Part shown: positions 41,091-50,298 of the stretch, one piece after another
How the letters are laid out: each line of letters starts with the position of its first letter
Position numbering within the stretch: position 1 is the stretch's first letter
Assembly: GCA_020849535.1 (NCBI GenBank)
Contig: JADLGB010000006.1
Location: forward strand, 43,534 to 107,533
Direction of reading: 5' to 3'
DNA length: 64,000 bases
From: Candidatus Hydrogenedentota bacterium
GTDB lineage: Bacteria > Hydrogenedentota > Hydrogenedentia > Hydrogenedentales > SLHB01
Position numbers and translations under genes: made by a program
Notes under the pieces: model-generated
What the model saw: only the letters and a program-made list of their open reading frames with translations
The model's database searches: none
What the model was told of the DNA's origin: nothing

Positions 41091-41119
41091 TTGACACCTT
41101 GGGTACCCCATGCTAGAAT
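41091..41119 (+). promoter_or_regulatory. Near-consensus sigma70 promoter TTGACA-N17-TAGAAT.
   Basis: Sequence TTGACACCTTGGGTACCCCATGCTAGAAT, ~45 nt upstream of the ATG at 41162/41177. Confidence 0.6.
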
Positions 41120-41161
41120 GGCCGTGCTCAACTGGGTGGATAAGTCCTTCTTTTACAATCC

Positions 41162-42949
41162 ATGGAGGTGGATTCGATGGCTGATGAAAAAGGCCGTAAC
41201 CAACAGGGCGATTCCGAAGATAAGGATGACGCCTTCGGTACTGCTGATTCGGGGGACAGCGATTTCGGAGCCTTGACTGGCGGCGGCGGACTGGGGAACC
41301 TTCCTCCGCTGAGCGACTTCGAGTCTTCCTCCGGGGGAGGATTCGATAGTGGATTGCCGCCACTGAGTTCAATCGATTCGGACTCCGGCTCGGGCCGGGG
41401 CTCGATTGGCGGGCTCCCCCCCATTAGCGACATACCCATTGAAACACCGCTGCCGACGGGCGGGGCCATCAAGCCGCCACCCGCAAGCTACGGCAGCACG
41501 CCGGTGTTTGGTACTCCTTCTTCCGACAGCGGGCTCGACACACCGTCGGGCACCGGGTTCCAAGATCTTTCCGCCGATAGCGACTTCACTCCGGAGACGC
41601 CCGAAGTAGCGCCTCCGGGCCCTGAGTCCGACATTGACACCCCCCTATTCGACAGTGCGTTTGGAGGAACAGGCGGATTCAGTGCCGCCGCGGACACATC
41701 GGCGCCCACGCAGGCGATGGAGACACCCATGTTCGGAGCGGATCGCGGAGCAGGTTTTGATGCGGATGCGTTTGGAAGCGGCATGGGTAGCGGCGGCGGT
41801 TTCGCCCAAGGCACGCCCGTACCGGATTTCGGCCCTGATACGGCGGCCCCGACGGCGATGACCCCGCCCCCGGCCCCAATGGCAGCGCGTGGCGCGGCCA
41901 AAGGCGGCGGCGGTGGCGGCAAGGGCGCTCTTGTGGGGTTGGTCGCCGTCATCGTTGGTCTGGTTGGCGGTTTGTTCGCCGCACCCTATGTGCCGGGCAT
42001 TCCGAATCCTGCCAAAGATGAAGTCGCCACGTTAACCACCGAATTGAACCAAGTGAAGAAGCAGAGGGACGAACTCCTCAATGCGAACCCTACGGGCGAG
42101 CCAATGTCGGCCGTAGATATCCAGACTCTGGTCGACCAGAAGACGCAACTCACCGCCGAGATCACCGACCTGACCGGAAAGCGGGATGCGGCCAACAGCG
42201 AGTACACAACGGTTTCGACGGAACTTGAAGCGGCGAAGGCGGACCTGGAGGAGACCAACGCGGCGTTCGTGCAGGCAAATGACGAGTTCGACCGCCTGAA
42301 GAACGATCACGCCATCACGCAGGCGCGCCAGGAAGGGCTCCTTCAAGAGACGGCGCGCCTCGAAACGCTCAATGGAAAACTTGAGGACGCCAATCTCCGC
42401 CGGATGCAGACGAAGGAAACGCTGGCGAGCAACATTGAGCGCTTGGCGATTCTCGTCAACGAGAGCAGCCCCTTGGTTCCCGAGAAGTATTCCAAGGACA
42501 GCCGCATCGCGGCCGTGGAATCCCTCAAGGAACGCGCCGCGGGGATGAACTGGGTGGACCCGGTGCTCCTGGATGAGTACACGACGCTGTACCTTCAGGA
42601 ACTCGAGATTGCGCGCGCGCGCGAGTACTTCTTCGCGAAGCTTCCCGTGACGGATCGCTTCGGCACGACGACGATGGGCTGGGCGGAATGCGTGATGAAC
42701 GGCAACTGGGGCGTGCTGTACCGCACGTTGGATGGCAAGCACATCGGCATCTACCAGAATGTGGAAGCCAGCGGCACGCCGAAGTACGCGCTCATCGACA
42801 TTAAGGATGAGAACGCGGCGAGCAACATCGAAGCCCAGATCTTCGCATCCCGCACGCCGGGCTTCGAGGAGAAACTGGAGCAGCTCGCTCAGAAGCAGCT
42901 TGTGACCGACGAGCGGACTCCGCTGCAGCGGAATTTCGAGTCGCTGTAG
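41162..42949 (+). CDS. Hypothetical single-pass membrane protein: acidic Gly/Ser/Asp/Pro-rich repetitive N-terminal region, TM helix, coiled-coil, C-terminal globular domain.
   Basis: Repeats (GGLGNLPPLSDFE / GFDSGLPPLSSIDSD / SIGGLPPISDIP). TM helix ALVGLVAVIVGLVGGLFAAP. Heptad-rich segment …LTTELNQVKKQRDELLN…. A palindromic terminator-like hairpin lies at ~42990-43020. Confidence 0.55.
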   Translation: MEVDSMADEKGRNQQGDSEDKDDAFGTADSGDSDFGALTGGGGLGNLPPLSDFESSSGGGFDSGLPPLSSIDSDSGSGRGSIGGLPPISDIPIETPLPTGGAIKPPPASYGSTPVFGTPSSDSGLDTPSGTGFQDLSADSDFTPETPEVAPPGPESDIDTPLFDSAFGGTGGFSAAADTSAPTQAMETPMFGADRGAGFDADAFGSGMGSGGGFAQGTPVPDFGPDTAAPTAMTPPPAPMAARGAAKGGGGGGKGALVGLVAVIVGLVGGLFAAPYVPGIPNPAKDEVATLTTELNQVKKQRDELLNANPTGEPMSAVDIQTLVDQKTQLTAEITDLTGKRDAANSEYTTVSTELEAAKADLEETNAAFVQANDEFDRLKNDHAITQARQEGLLQETARLETLNGKLEDANLRRMQTKETLASNIERLAILVNESSPLVPEKYSKDSRIAAVESLKERAAGMNWVDPVLLDEYTTLYLQELEIARAREYFFAKLPVTDRFGTTTMGWAECVMNGNWGVLYRTLDGKHIGIYQNVEASGTPKYALIDIKDENAASNIEAQIFASRTPGFEEKLEQLAQKQLVTDERTPLQRNFESL

Positions 42950-43104
42950 GCGGCTGAGAGCAAGTATTCGGGCCGCCACCTCGTGTGAGGTGGCGGCCTT
43001 TTTCATTGCTTGCGCGCTGCGCAAGAAGCATCGGATGGATGGGACGGATCGGTCGGATCGGACCGGTTCTTTCCTTGCAGGTGGTTGGCGCCTGGCCGGC
43101 GGGG

Positions 43105-44397
43105 TCACATCATATTTGAGACGACATGCACGGCGTGGCGGGGATTGCGGATGGCCCGCTTGATCATTTCGGGCCAGGTGTAGTTGCGGAACGCCTGGCG
43201 CGCGCTCAGCTTGAGGAAAAGCCGCTTCTGCAATTCCGGAGGCATGCTCTTGTTGCAGTTGAAGGTATCCGGATCGCCGGCCGTGAATTTGTCCCACGTG
43301 ATGCCGGACTCCAGGATTTCTTCGCGGAACTCATCAAACAGTGCGGTGCCCGGATAGGGCGTGAGGTAATGCAGGGACGCGAAGTCGATCTTCGCGTCGC
43401 GGATGAACCTACGGGTCAGCTCGACGTCTTCCACGGTTTCGCCGGGCGTGCCGATGATGAAACAGCCGCGCACGCGCAGGCCCGCCTCGTGGATGTTGCG
43501 GGCCGCCTCCATGTTCGCGTCGACGGTGGAGTGCTTGACCATGCGGTCCAGCATGCGCTGACTGCCGCTCTCAAAACCTATGGTGACCTGGACGCAGCCC
43601 GCCCGCTTCATCAGTTGGAGAACATCCGGGCGGATTCGGCGTGCGTGAATCTGGCACTCCCACTTGAGGTGGTGCAGGCCGCTCGCAATCATCGCTTCGC
43701 AGATTGCGCGAAAGCGATCGATGTCGGTGGCCATCAACTCGTCGAAGAAGGCGATGCTCTCGATGTGGTGGCGGTCGACGAGATAGCGAATCTCTTCCAC
43801 GACCCGCTCCGGGCTGTGAAAGCGGAGCTTTGTTTCGCGCTTGGAGTTGATGCAGTAATTGCACACGAAGGGACAACCGCGGCTGGTGATGATGCCGAGC
43901 GTCCGGTAGGAGTATCCCGCGATTTCCTCCCCCGCTTCCGCGTAAAGATCCAGGTTCAACTGGTCGCGGCGGGGCTCAGGAATGGCGTCCAACTCCGGGG
44001 GCACGCTCGGCTCGATGATACCTTCGAGCTTGCCTGAGCTGATCGCCTGTGGAAAAGACCATTCAGCCTCACCGCGTATTACGCAGTCCGCGTGCGCCAG
44101 GGCTTCCTCGGGCATGGCGGTCGGATGGGCGCCGCCCATGACCACGGTCAGGCCGCGCTCCTTCTTGATACGATCCGTGATCTCATACGCGCGCAGCGCA
44201 TACATAGTCATGAAGGAGATGCCCACGATGTCCGGGCGGAATTCGTCCAGGCCGGTCTCGACGTCCTGCCCCGCGATCTCGTCGATGATGCGCGTCTGGT
44301 GCCCGTCGCGTTGGAGGCACGCGGACAGATACGCAAGGCCGAGGTTTTCCTTCTTGAGCGATTTGGGCACGCTGGGGTTGATGAGGGCGATGCGCAT
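43105..44397 (-). CDS. B12-binding-domain radical SAM protein (class B radical SAM).
   Basis: Start re-assigned to MRIALINPS… (ATG 44397, TAATG overlap with upstream stop). N-terminal B12-binding region and CxxxCxxC cluster RGCPFVCNYC. Confidence 0.8.
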   Translation of the reverse strand: MRIALINPSVPKSLKKENLGLAYLSACLQRDGHQTRIIDEIAGQDVETGLDEFRPDIVGISFMTMYALRAYEITDRIKKERGLTVVMGGAHPTAMPEEALAHADCVIRGEAEWSFPQAISSGKLEGIIEPSVPPELDAIPEPRRDQLNLDLYAEAGEEIAGYSYRTLGIITSRGCPFVCNYCINSKRETKLRFHSPERVVEEIRYLVDRHHIESIAFFDELMATDIDRFRAICEAMIASGLHHLKWECQIHARRIRPDVLQLMKRAGCVQVTIGFESGSQRMLDRMVKHSTVDANMEAARNIHEAGLRVRGCFIIGTPGETVEDVELTRRFIRDAKIDFASLHYLTPYPGTALFDEFREEILESGITWDKFTAGDPDTFNCNKSMPPELQKRLFLKLSARQAFRNYTWPEMIKRAIRNPRHAVHVVSNMM

Positions 44398-45803
44398 TAG
44401 TGTGCCCCCACCACTTTGAAGAAGCGCTTGGCGCTGTACTTGCCGAGACGAACCATGCCGCCGATGCCTTCGCGCCGGAATGCGTTGCCGAAGTGATGCA
44501 TCAGGGTTGCGGGGCGGTGTGTGAGCATATGCCACTGCCAGCGGCTCCAGGCCAGGTCGTACATCTCCGCGATGTCCTGCGCGGTGTAGTCGGGATACGA
44601 GACAACGGCTTCGCCCGCAGGGTCGAACTGCATCCAGCTTTCTTTTGTGAGCCAGCCGTTTTGCTTCGCGCGCTCGTAGAATTGCGTGCCGGGATACGGC
44701 GTGGCGATCGCGAACTGCAGCGTGTGTGTGTTCAAGCCGATGGCGAAATCGATGGTTCGCAATGCGCTCTCGCGCGTTTCACCGGGCAGACCCACCAGGA
44801 AGTTGGCGTGAGTCTGGATGCCGAACTCGCGGCAATCGCGCACGGTGCGCACGACATCTTCCGGCTTCTGGTCCTTCGGAATCTGGCGAAGCACCTCGGG
44901 GTCTCCGCTCTCCACGCCGAACTTGATCGCCCTGCATCCCGCCTCGGCCATGGCCGCCACGAGATCAGTTTCAATCACCGCATTGCCCATGCAACTGAAC
45001 GGAATGCCGAAGCCGCGCGACTTGATCTCGTCGCACAACGCGAGAAGGTGCTTGCGGTTGATAGTGATGGTGTCGTCGTCGAAGTAGAACTCGTCGGGAT
45101 GATAGCGGCGGATCAACGCTTCGATCTCGTCGCACACGTGTTTCGGATCGCGGCGGCGGTAGTTCCGCTTCCCCGCGAATGGCGCGATGGTGCAGAATCC
45201 GCACTCGAGCGGACAACCGCGAGAGGTCAACACGGTCACGGATCGCCCCTTGCAGAAGGGGTCGTTGTACTTCTCCATCGCCATCAATTCCCACGCGGGA
45301 TGCGGAATTGCGTCCAGGTCCCGCACGAGGGGAACGAACTCGGTGGCCGGGGTGTGTTGAGTCGCAAGCCAGGGCTTGGGTTCCAGCGTGACAGCCTCGC
45401 TGATAACTTGATCGTATTCGCCGTGAATGACGCCTGCGAAACCAGCATCGATATGCTCTTGCGGTGTGGCCGTGGCGTGGGCGCCGCCCGCGATCGTGGG
45501 CTTGCCGAGCGCGCGCATGGTGGCGAGGTCGTCGGCCCAGCTCGGCGCGCTGGTCTCCATGAAGACCACGTCCGGCTGAAAGTCGGAGGCAATGTCCTTC
45601 AACTCGTCGAGTGATACTCCGGAGGCAATGCAATCCACGAAGCGGACATCATGCCCATCGGCAAACAGGCGCGCCGCGGCATACCCCAGTTGGAATGGGA
45701 AAGGATGGTAATCAATGCCGACGGCCTTGGGCTTGCGCTTATGCGGCCAGCGTGAGCCTGCGCGGCAAAACGCTCCCGGCGGATTGAGGAGCAGGATCTT
45801 CAT
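44397..45803 (-). CDS. B12-binding-domain radical SAM protein (paralog).
   Basis: N-terminus MKILLLNPPG…; CxxxCxxC reads RGCPLECGFC. Confidence 0.8.
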   Translation of the reverse strand: MKILLLNPPGAFCRAGSRWPHKRKPKAVGIDYHPFPFQLGYAAARLFADGHDVRFVDCIASGVSLDELKDIASDFQPDVVFMETSAPSWADDLATMRALGKPTIAGGAHATATPQEHIDAGFAGVIHGEYDQVISEAVTLEPKPWLATQHTPATEFVPLVRDLDAIPHPAWELMAMEKYNDPFCKGRSVTVLTSRGCPLECGFCTIAPFAGKRNYRRRDPKHVCDEIEALIRRYHPDEFYFDDDTITINRKHLLALCDEIKSRGFGIPFSCMGNAVIETDLVAAMAEAGCRAIKFGVESGDPEVLRQIPKDQKPEDVVRTVRDCREFGIQTHANFLVGLPGETRESALRTIDFAIGLNTHTLQFAIATPYPGTQFYERAKQNGWLTKESWMQFDPAGEAVVSYPDYTAQDIAEMYDLAWSRWQWHMLTHRPATLMHHFGNAFRREGIGGMVRLGKYSAKRFFKVVGAH

Positions 45804-45900
45804 GCGCTCCCCTCCTCTCCAAGTCTTCTTTTGCTGTCCCGCACCTTGGGGCCGCCAACAAAACCCACAGATACATCAAAATAGCTATAGGGTCGCAAGG

Positions 45901-46030
45901 TCCCCCTTTGAAGGGGGATCAAGGGGAATGTTCTTCTCTTTTCAATCCCAAAGCCTGAGTGCGCACCTGGAGTCACGGCGCACTCACATCCCCCTCGACG
46001 CTTCGCGTCTGCCCCCTTCAAAGGGGGAAG
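45901..46030. repeat. Hairpin-bounded ~130-bp element (CCCCCTTTGAAGGGGGATCAAGGGGAATGTTCTT … GCCCCCTTCAAAGGGGGAAG), family shared with 54409-54565.
   Basis: Direct comparison with 54409-54565, which carries the same terminal motifs in opposite orientation. Internal hairpin GAGTGCGCACC…GGCGCACTC. Confidence 0.7.
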
Positions 46031-46061
46031 CATTGCGCTTCGCGCTGAATGGGCAGATGGC

Positions 46062-47243
46062 CTAGATGAATTCAAACTGGGCATCGTGATCCACCATGGC
46101 TTCGTTCATGATCTGGTTGTATTTCACGAAGCGGCAGTCCAGGTTGTTGCACTCGTGCGGCTGGATGCCCTCGATCGCCTTCCAATGATCCTCGCTGTAC
46201 CAGAGGTCGCGCAGCGGCGTTTCAAAGCAGTTGCCGATCGTGTGCCGATCCTTGCGATGCCGGTAATAGCAGCAAAGATACACCTCGCCCATTGGATCGA
46301 CCGTAAGCTGCAATGGCGTCAACCAACAGTGCGTGGTCATGTTGATCTTCTCGGTGCCGCCCACGATGGCCATGCCCGGATAACGTTGGCGGAGTCCCGT
46401 CAACTCGCGGTTGACTGCATCGCCCTGCTCCGGGGAGAGTTCGGATGCGACAAGGCGGGCCGCCTTGAACTGGATCGAGTCCGCGCCCAGGCGGAGCGCG
46501 AGTTCCACGCAACCTTCCAGATCGTGCACGTTGTTGGCGTCCAGCACGACCTTGATGCTGATGCGCACGCGCGTCTTGCGCTCATTGCGCAGGGCAATCA
46601 TCGCAGCAATGTTCTCGCACACGGCCTCGAATCGCGCCTCCGGCGTGCGAGGGCGTTTGACCGCGTTGGCGGTCTCCGGTGTGGCGCCATCGAACCCCAC
46701 GCGGACGTAGCTGGCGCAATCTACGAGGGCCGACGCGAGTTCCCCTTTGAGCTTGGTGCCGTTTGTCAGGAGGCCGACGCTGGTGCCTTTCGCATTCATA
46801 TCGCGAATCAACTCGGCCAGGTCGGGATGCAGCGTCGGCTCGCCGCCGCCGCAGAATTCGACACCGCGCACGCCGAGGTCGCGCAAATCATCGATGAGCT
46901 TGAACAGCCGCTCGCGGGACATGACCCGCGTCAGGTTCTTGTTCGTGTTCTCCGCGTTGTATTCGCACCACAGGCAATCCTGATTGCACACGTAGGTTGG
47001 ATAAACGATGGCGGTGCGTGGCGCGGGCATTTTGCGATCGAGGATCTGTCGCGCTTCGTGCCAGTGCGTGAGGATGCGGGTCTGAAGCGTGTCGAACACT
47101 TCGAGCGATTCGCCCGCGTGCCCAGAGTCGGTCTGTGCGGCGTGACGCCCATTGCCCTTGGGACCAGCACTCTCGCCCACCGCATGCGCCGCCGCACCAC
47201 CCATCTTGCCTTTCCTATCCGTCATACGCGCTCTTAGCTCCAT
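46062..47243 (-). CDS. Radical SAM protein with C-terminal SPASM-like Cys-rich domain. Start uncertain (could be 30-210 nt downstream of track start).
   Basis: CxxxCxxC reads YVCNQDCLWC. C-terminal Cys cluster …CWLTPL…VYLCCYY…IGNCF…PHECNNLDCRF. Confidence 0.75.
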   Translation of the reverse strand: MELRARMTDRKGKMGGAAAHAVGESAGPKGNGRHAAQTDSGHAGESLEVFDTLQTRILTHWHEARQILDRKMPAPRTAIVYPTYVCNQDCLWCEYNAENTNKNLTRVMSRERLFKLIDDLRDLGVRGVEFCGGGEPTLHPDLAELIRDMNAKGTSVGLLTNGTKLKGELASALVDCASYVRVGFDGATPETANAVKRPRTPEARFEAVCENIAAMIALRNERKTRVRISIKVVLDANNVHDLEGCVELALRLGADSIQFKAARLVASELSPEQGDAVNRELTGLRQRYPGMAIVGGTEKINMTTHCWLTPLQLTVDPMGEVYLCCYYRHRKDRHTIGNCFETPLRDLWYSEDHWKAIEGIQPHECNNLDCRFVKYNQIMNEAMVDHDAQFEFI

Positions 47244-47832
47244 TGGGTGGCGGACCGGCGGGCATCACTTGAAGTTGTGCCACGGCGTCCGATTCGCCTG
47301 TCGGCCGCATCGTTCCGGATGACTCCATCGTGAGACGCATCCACATGTGCCGGTTGAAGTTCTTGGTTTGGGGTTTCCGGTAATTCTTGATCACGAACTT
47401 GAGGATGCGGATCTTCGACTCGCGCGTCAGGCGCACCCGGCCGTTGTCGGTGACGTATAACTCGATGAACTTGTCGTCATCGGTGACGCGGAACTTGCGC
47501 CGTATCTGCGCCTTGCCGCGCTGCGACATGGCGCTCAACACATGCGTTCCCTTGGGAAGGGTAAGCTGGTACTGCCCATCGTCACTGTCCTTACCCAAGT
47601 AGAATGACCGGCTGATCACGGGCTTGTCGTCCACAGCCACCTGGATATCCACGGGCGCTTCCGACTTTGCCTGGTCATCCACAAAAACCTTGAGGAATAC
47701 GTCTCCCTTTTTCGCGCCGGCTTTTCCCGAGGCGCCAACAATGGGCAATTCGCTTCGGGACTCGGTCGTTTCGCAGCCCGTCAGCAGAATCGCGAGCGCG
47801 AGCGAAGCCGCTATCAGCGGTGCGTAACGCAC
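47215..47832 (-). CDS. Lipoprotein with PEGA-like beta-sandwich domain, paralog 1.
   Basis: Lipobox LLTGC. Block …IQVAVDDKPVISRSFYLGKDSDDGQYQLTLPKGTHVLSAMSQRGKAQIRRKF… is homologous to the next gene. Confidence 0.6.
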   Translation of the reverse strand: MRYAPLIAASLALAILLTGCETTESRSELPIVGASGKAGAKKGDVFLKVFVDDQAKSEAPVDIQVAVDDKPVISRSFYLGKDSDDGQYQLTLPKGTHVLSAMSQRGKAQIRRKFRVTDDDKFIELYVTDNGRVRLTRESKIRILKFVIKNYRKPQTKNFNRHMWMRLTMESSGTMRPTGESDAVAQLQVMPAGPPPNGAKSAYDG

Positions 47833-48279
47833 TTACTGAATTCCTCCCCCGGGAGCCGCGTAGATGGGCTCATCCGACACCTTAAACGTCCAGCCGCCTT
47901 CGCCCGCTTTTGAGGACGGCGTGAAATACAGCGCGCCGAAGGTGCGCTCTTTCATCTCGAAACTGCGCTCGATCTCGGCGCTGCCCTTGTGCGTGACGGC
48001 CTTGAGCGTGTGCGTGCCGGGCGCAAGAGTGAACCGGAACTGATCGTCGTAATGCCCCTTCGAGCTGCTGAAGTTGCGGTCCACGGCGGGCCGCCCATCG
48101 ATCCACACCTTGACGTCCATGGGCACCACCGCGTAGCGGTAGCTATCCATGTACACGTGGAGATGGAAATTGCCATTGGGATCTTCGAGCGCGTCCGCGC
48201 CCTTGGAGGTCGCACAACCGAGCGTGGCGAGAAGCAGGAGGGAGCCGAGGGCAAGCCGAGCGATGTGTTTCCGGTACAT
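47833..48279 (-). CDS. Lipoprotein with PEGA-like domain, paralog 2.
   Basis: Start MYRKHIARLALGSLLLLATLGC (ATG 48279, TGATG overlap with upstream stop). Block …VKVWIDGRPAVDRNFSSSKGHYDDQFRFTLAPGTHTLKAVTHKGSAEIERSF…. Confidence 0.6.
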   Translation of the reverse strand: MYRKHIARLALGSLLLLATLGCATSKGADALEDPNGNFHLHVYMDSYRYAVVPMDVKVWIDGRPAVDRNFSSSKGHYDDQFRFTLAPGTHTLKAVTHKGSAEIERSFEMKERTFGALYFTPSSKAGEGGWTFKVSDEPIYAAPGGGIQ

Positions 48280-49739
48280 CAGTTGTTCCCCACGAAGCCT
48301 GTAAAGGCCCTTTCCTTGTTCCGAAAATAGCTGACGAAACTCTTCACCCCGTGAAGTTTTGCACGAAGGTCGGGCACATTCTGGATATTTCGGAGCATGC
48401 GCCACATCTGGCTTGGACGCAAGTAGAAGTCGCGCAGGCCGCGGTCGATGAACGCGTTGATCTGTTCCACGGTGAGTCCCGGCAACTCCTGCGTGGAGCG
48501 CTGCTCGAAGTTCTCATCCACCCAGTCGCGCCACGCCGTCTGCTTGAGGTACCCATTCTGCTTGGCCCAATTATAGTAGGCCGTGCCGGGATACGCGACC
48601 ACCGCCGTAAACTGGGCGGTATCGATGGGCAACCGCTTGGAAAGGTCGAGCGTCTTTTGCGCGGTTTCTTCCGTTTCGCCCGGACCGCCAAACATGAAGC
48701 ACCCGTGCACGCGGATACCGGCCTTCGCGGCGTTTTGCGCGAAGCGGTGCATCTGCGCGATGGTGGCGCCCTTCTTGACGTTGTTGAGGACCTGCTGGTC
48801 GCCGAACTCGAAACCGACGCACAACCAGCGGCACCCGGAGCGCTTCATCAACTTGAGGACCTCGAGGTCGTTGACGTCCACGCGCGCGTTCGCGCTCCAG
48901 GAAATGCCCACCTTGCGCCGGATCATCGCTTCGCACAACTCCACTAGGCGATCCTGCGAGCTGCGCATGGTCAAGGTGTCGTCTTCGAACATAATCTCTT
49001 TCAGATTCGGAAAGAGCTTGATGTCATATTCAATTTCATCGACGACGTTCTCGACGCTGCGGACGCGGTACTGGTGGCCGTTCATCACTTGGGGCAACTG
49101 GCAGAAGGTGCACTTCGCGCGGCAGCCGCGCCCACTGATCAGCGTCAGGAAGGGGAACAACTTCCCGAAATCGTGGTAGTCATAGATGTCGATGTGCTTC
49201 CACGCGGGAAACGCCAACTCGTCGAGGTTCTCGATGTAGGGCCGGTCCGCATTGCGCACAAAGGCGCCGCCATCCATCCACGCAATGCCTTGGCAGTCGC
49301 GTAGCGGAACGCCGTTGGCGAGATCGCGCAATGTGTAGTCATATTCAGCGATCGCCACGGCGTCCACAGCCCCGTCCGCGCGATTCAGCGTGTCCTCGGG
49401 CTCGGCGGTGACGTGCGGCCCGATCATGACATGGAGACCGCCAAGGCCCTCCTTGCACAGACGCGCCGATTCAATATCCGCGTCGATGGACGGTGTGGAC
49501 GCCTGATAGACGACCATGTCCGGCTTGAAGGTTTTGAGTTTCTCCAACGCGGCCGGCGTGGGCATGTTCTTGGCCTGCGCGTCGAGGAAGAAGATCTCGT
49601 GTCCGGCCGCTTCCACGACGCCCGCGGCGATGCAGAAGTAGTCGGGATGCCGCTGGACCCGCCCGCGCGACCGCGCGAACCAACGCGCCGACTTCGTGAA
49701 GTCCGTTCCGAACATGGGATTCAGAAAGGCTACGCGCAC
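48279..49739 (-). CDS. B12-binding-domain radical SAM protein (third paralog).
   Basis: N-terminus MRVAFLNPMFG…; CxxxCxxC reads RGCRAKCTFC. Confidence 0.8.
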   Translation of the reverse strand: MRVAFLNPMFGTDFTKSARWFARSRGRVQRHPDYFCIAAGVVEAAGHEIFFLDAQAKNMPTPAALEKLKTFKPDMVVYQASTPSIDADIESARLCKEGLGGLHVMIGPHVTAEPEDTLNRADGAVDAVAIAEYDYTLRDLANGVPLRDCQGIAWMDGGAFVRNADRPYIENLDELAFPAWKHIDIYDYHDFGKLFPFLTLISGRGCRAKCTFCQLPQVMNGHQYRVRSVENVVDEIEYDIKLFPNLKEIMFEDDTLTMRSSQDRLVELCEAMIRRKVGISWSANARVDVNDLEVLKLMKRSGCRWLCVGFEFGDQQVLNNVKKGATIAQMHRFAQNAAKAGIRVHGCFMFGGPGETEETAQKTLDLSKRLPIDTAQFTAVVAYPGTAYYNWAKQNGYLKQTAWRDWVDENFEQRSTQELPGLTVEQINAFIDRGLRDFYLRPSQMWRMLRNIQNVPDLRAKLHGVKSFVSYFRNKERAFTGFVGNN

Positions 49740-49790
49740 CGTGTTTCTCCTGTGCCGTTGTACAGCGCTCCGGATGCGAGACTCATCGGT

Positions 49791-50231
49791 CTACTGCTCC
49801 TTCCACAGGTTTCCGAGATACGCGGCACGGCCGGGAAAGCCCGCCTGGATCGCGGGCAACAGGGCCGGGCGCGTGTCGGGATAGAAGTGAAGGGATGGCA
49901 CTTCCCTCAAGGGTACAAAGCGGACTTCCTCAAGACGGTGATCGTTCCCACAGCGAAGCTCACCCGATAGGACCTCCGCGGTGAAGTAGAGGTTGATCAC
50001 GTGGCGTGAGCCATTGGGGTCGATGGTGTCGTTCGCCATGACCAGATCCTTGACCCGAATCTCCAGGTTTGCCTCTTCCATCAGTTCGCGGCGCAAGGCC
50101 GCTTCCATGGACTCGCCGAACTCGAGTCCGCCGCCCGGTAACAGCCAGTATGAGCGGTCCGCCTTGGAATGCCGCACCAACAAGAGCCGGTCATCCTCGA
50201 CGATGATCGCCGCCATCCGTACCCGCGGCAT
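49791..50231 (-). CDS. NUDIX hydrolase.
   Basis: Nudix box GGGLEFGESMEAALRRELMEEANLEI. Confidence 0.7.
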   Translation of the reverse strand: MPRVRMAAIIVEDDRLLLVRHSKADRSYWLLPGGGLEFGESMEAALRRELMEEANLEIRVKDLVMANDTIDPNGSRHVINLYFTAEVLSGELRCGNDHRLEEVRFVPLREVPSLHFYPDTRPALLPAIQAGFPGRAAYLGNLWKEQ

Positions 50232-50298
50232 CGCGGCGGCCACCTTTTCGGGTATACCCGCGGGCGCCGTGGCCAGAACATCGATTTCACCGTTCGGC

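Noticed and set aside
43105-49739. Prophage / insertion sequence / integrase content.
   Set aside because: No transposase, integrase, recombinase or phage structural protein signatures were seen in any frame. The repeat elements found are short and ORF-less (MITE/REP-like), so no mobile_element feature with coding capacity was called.
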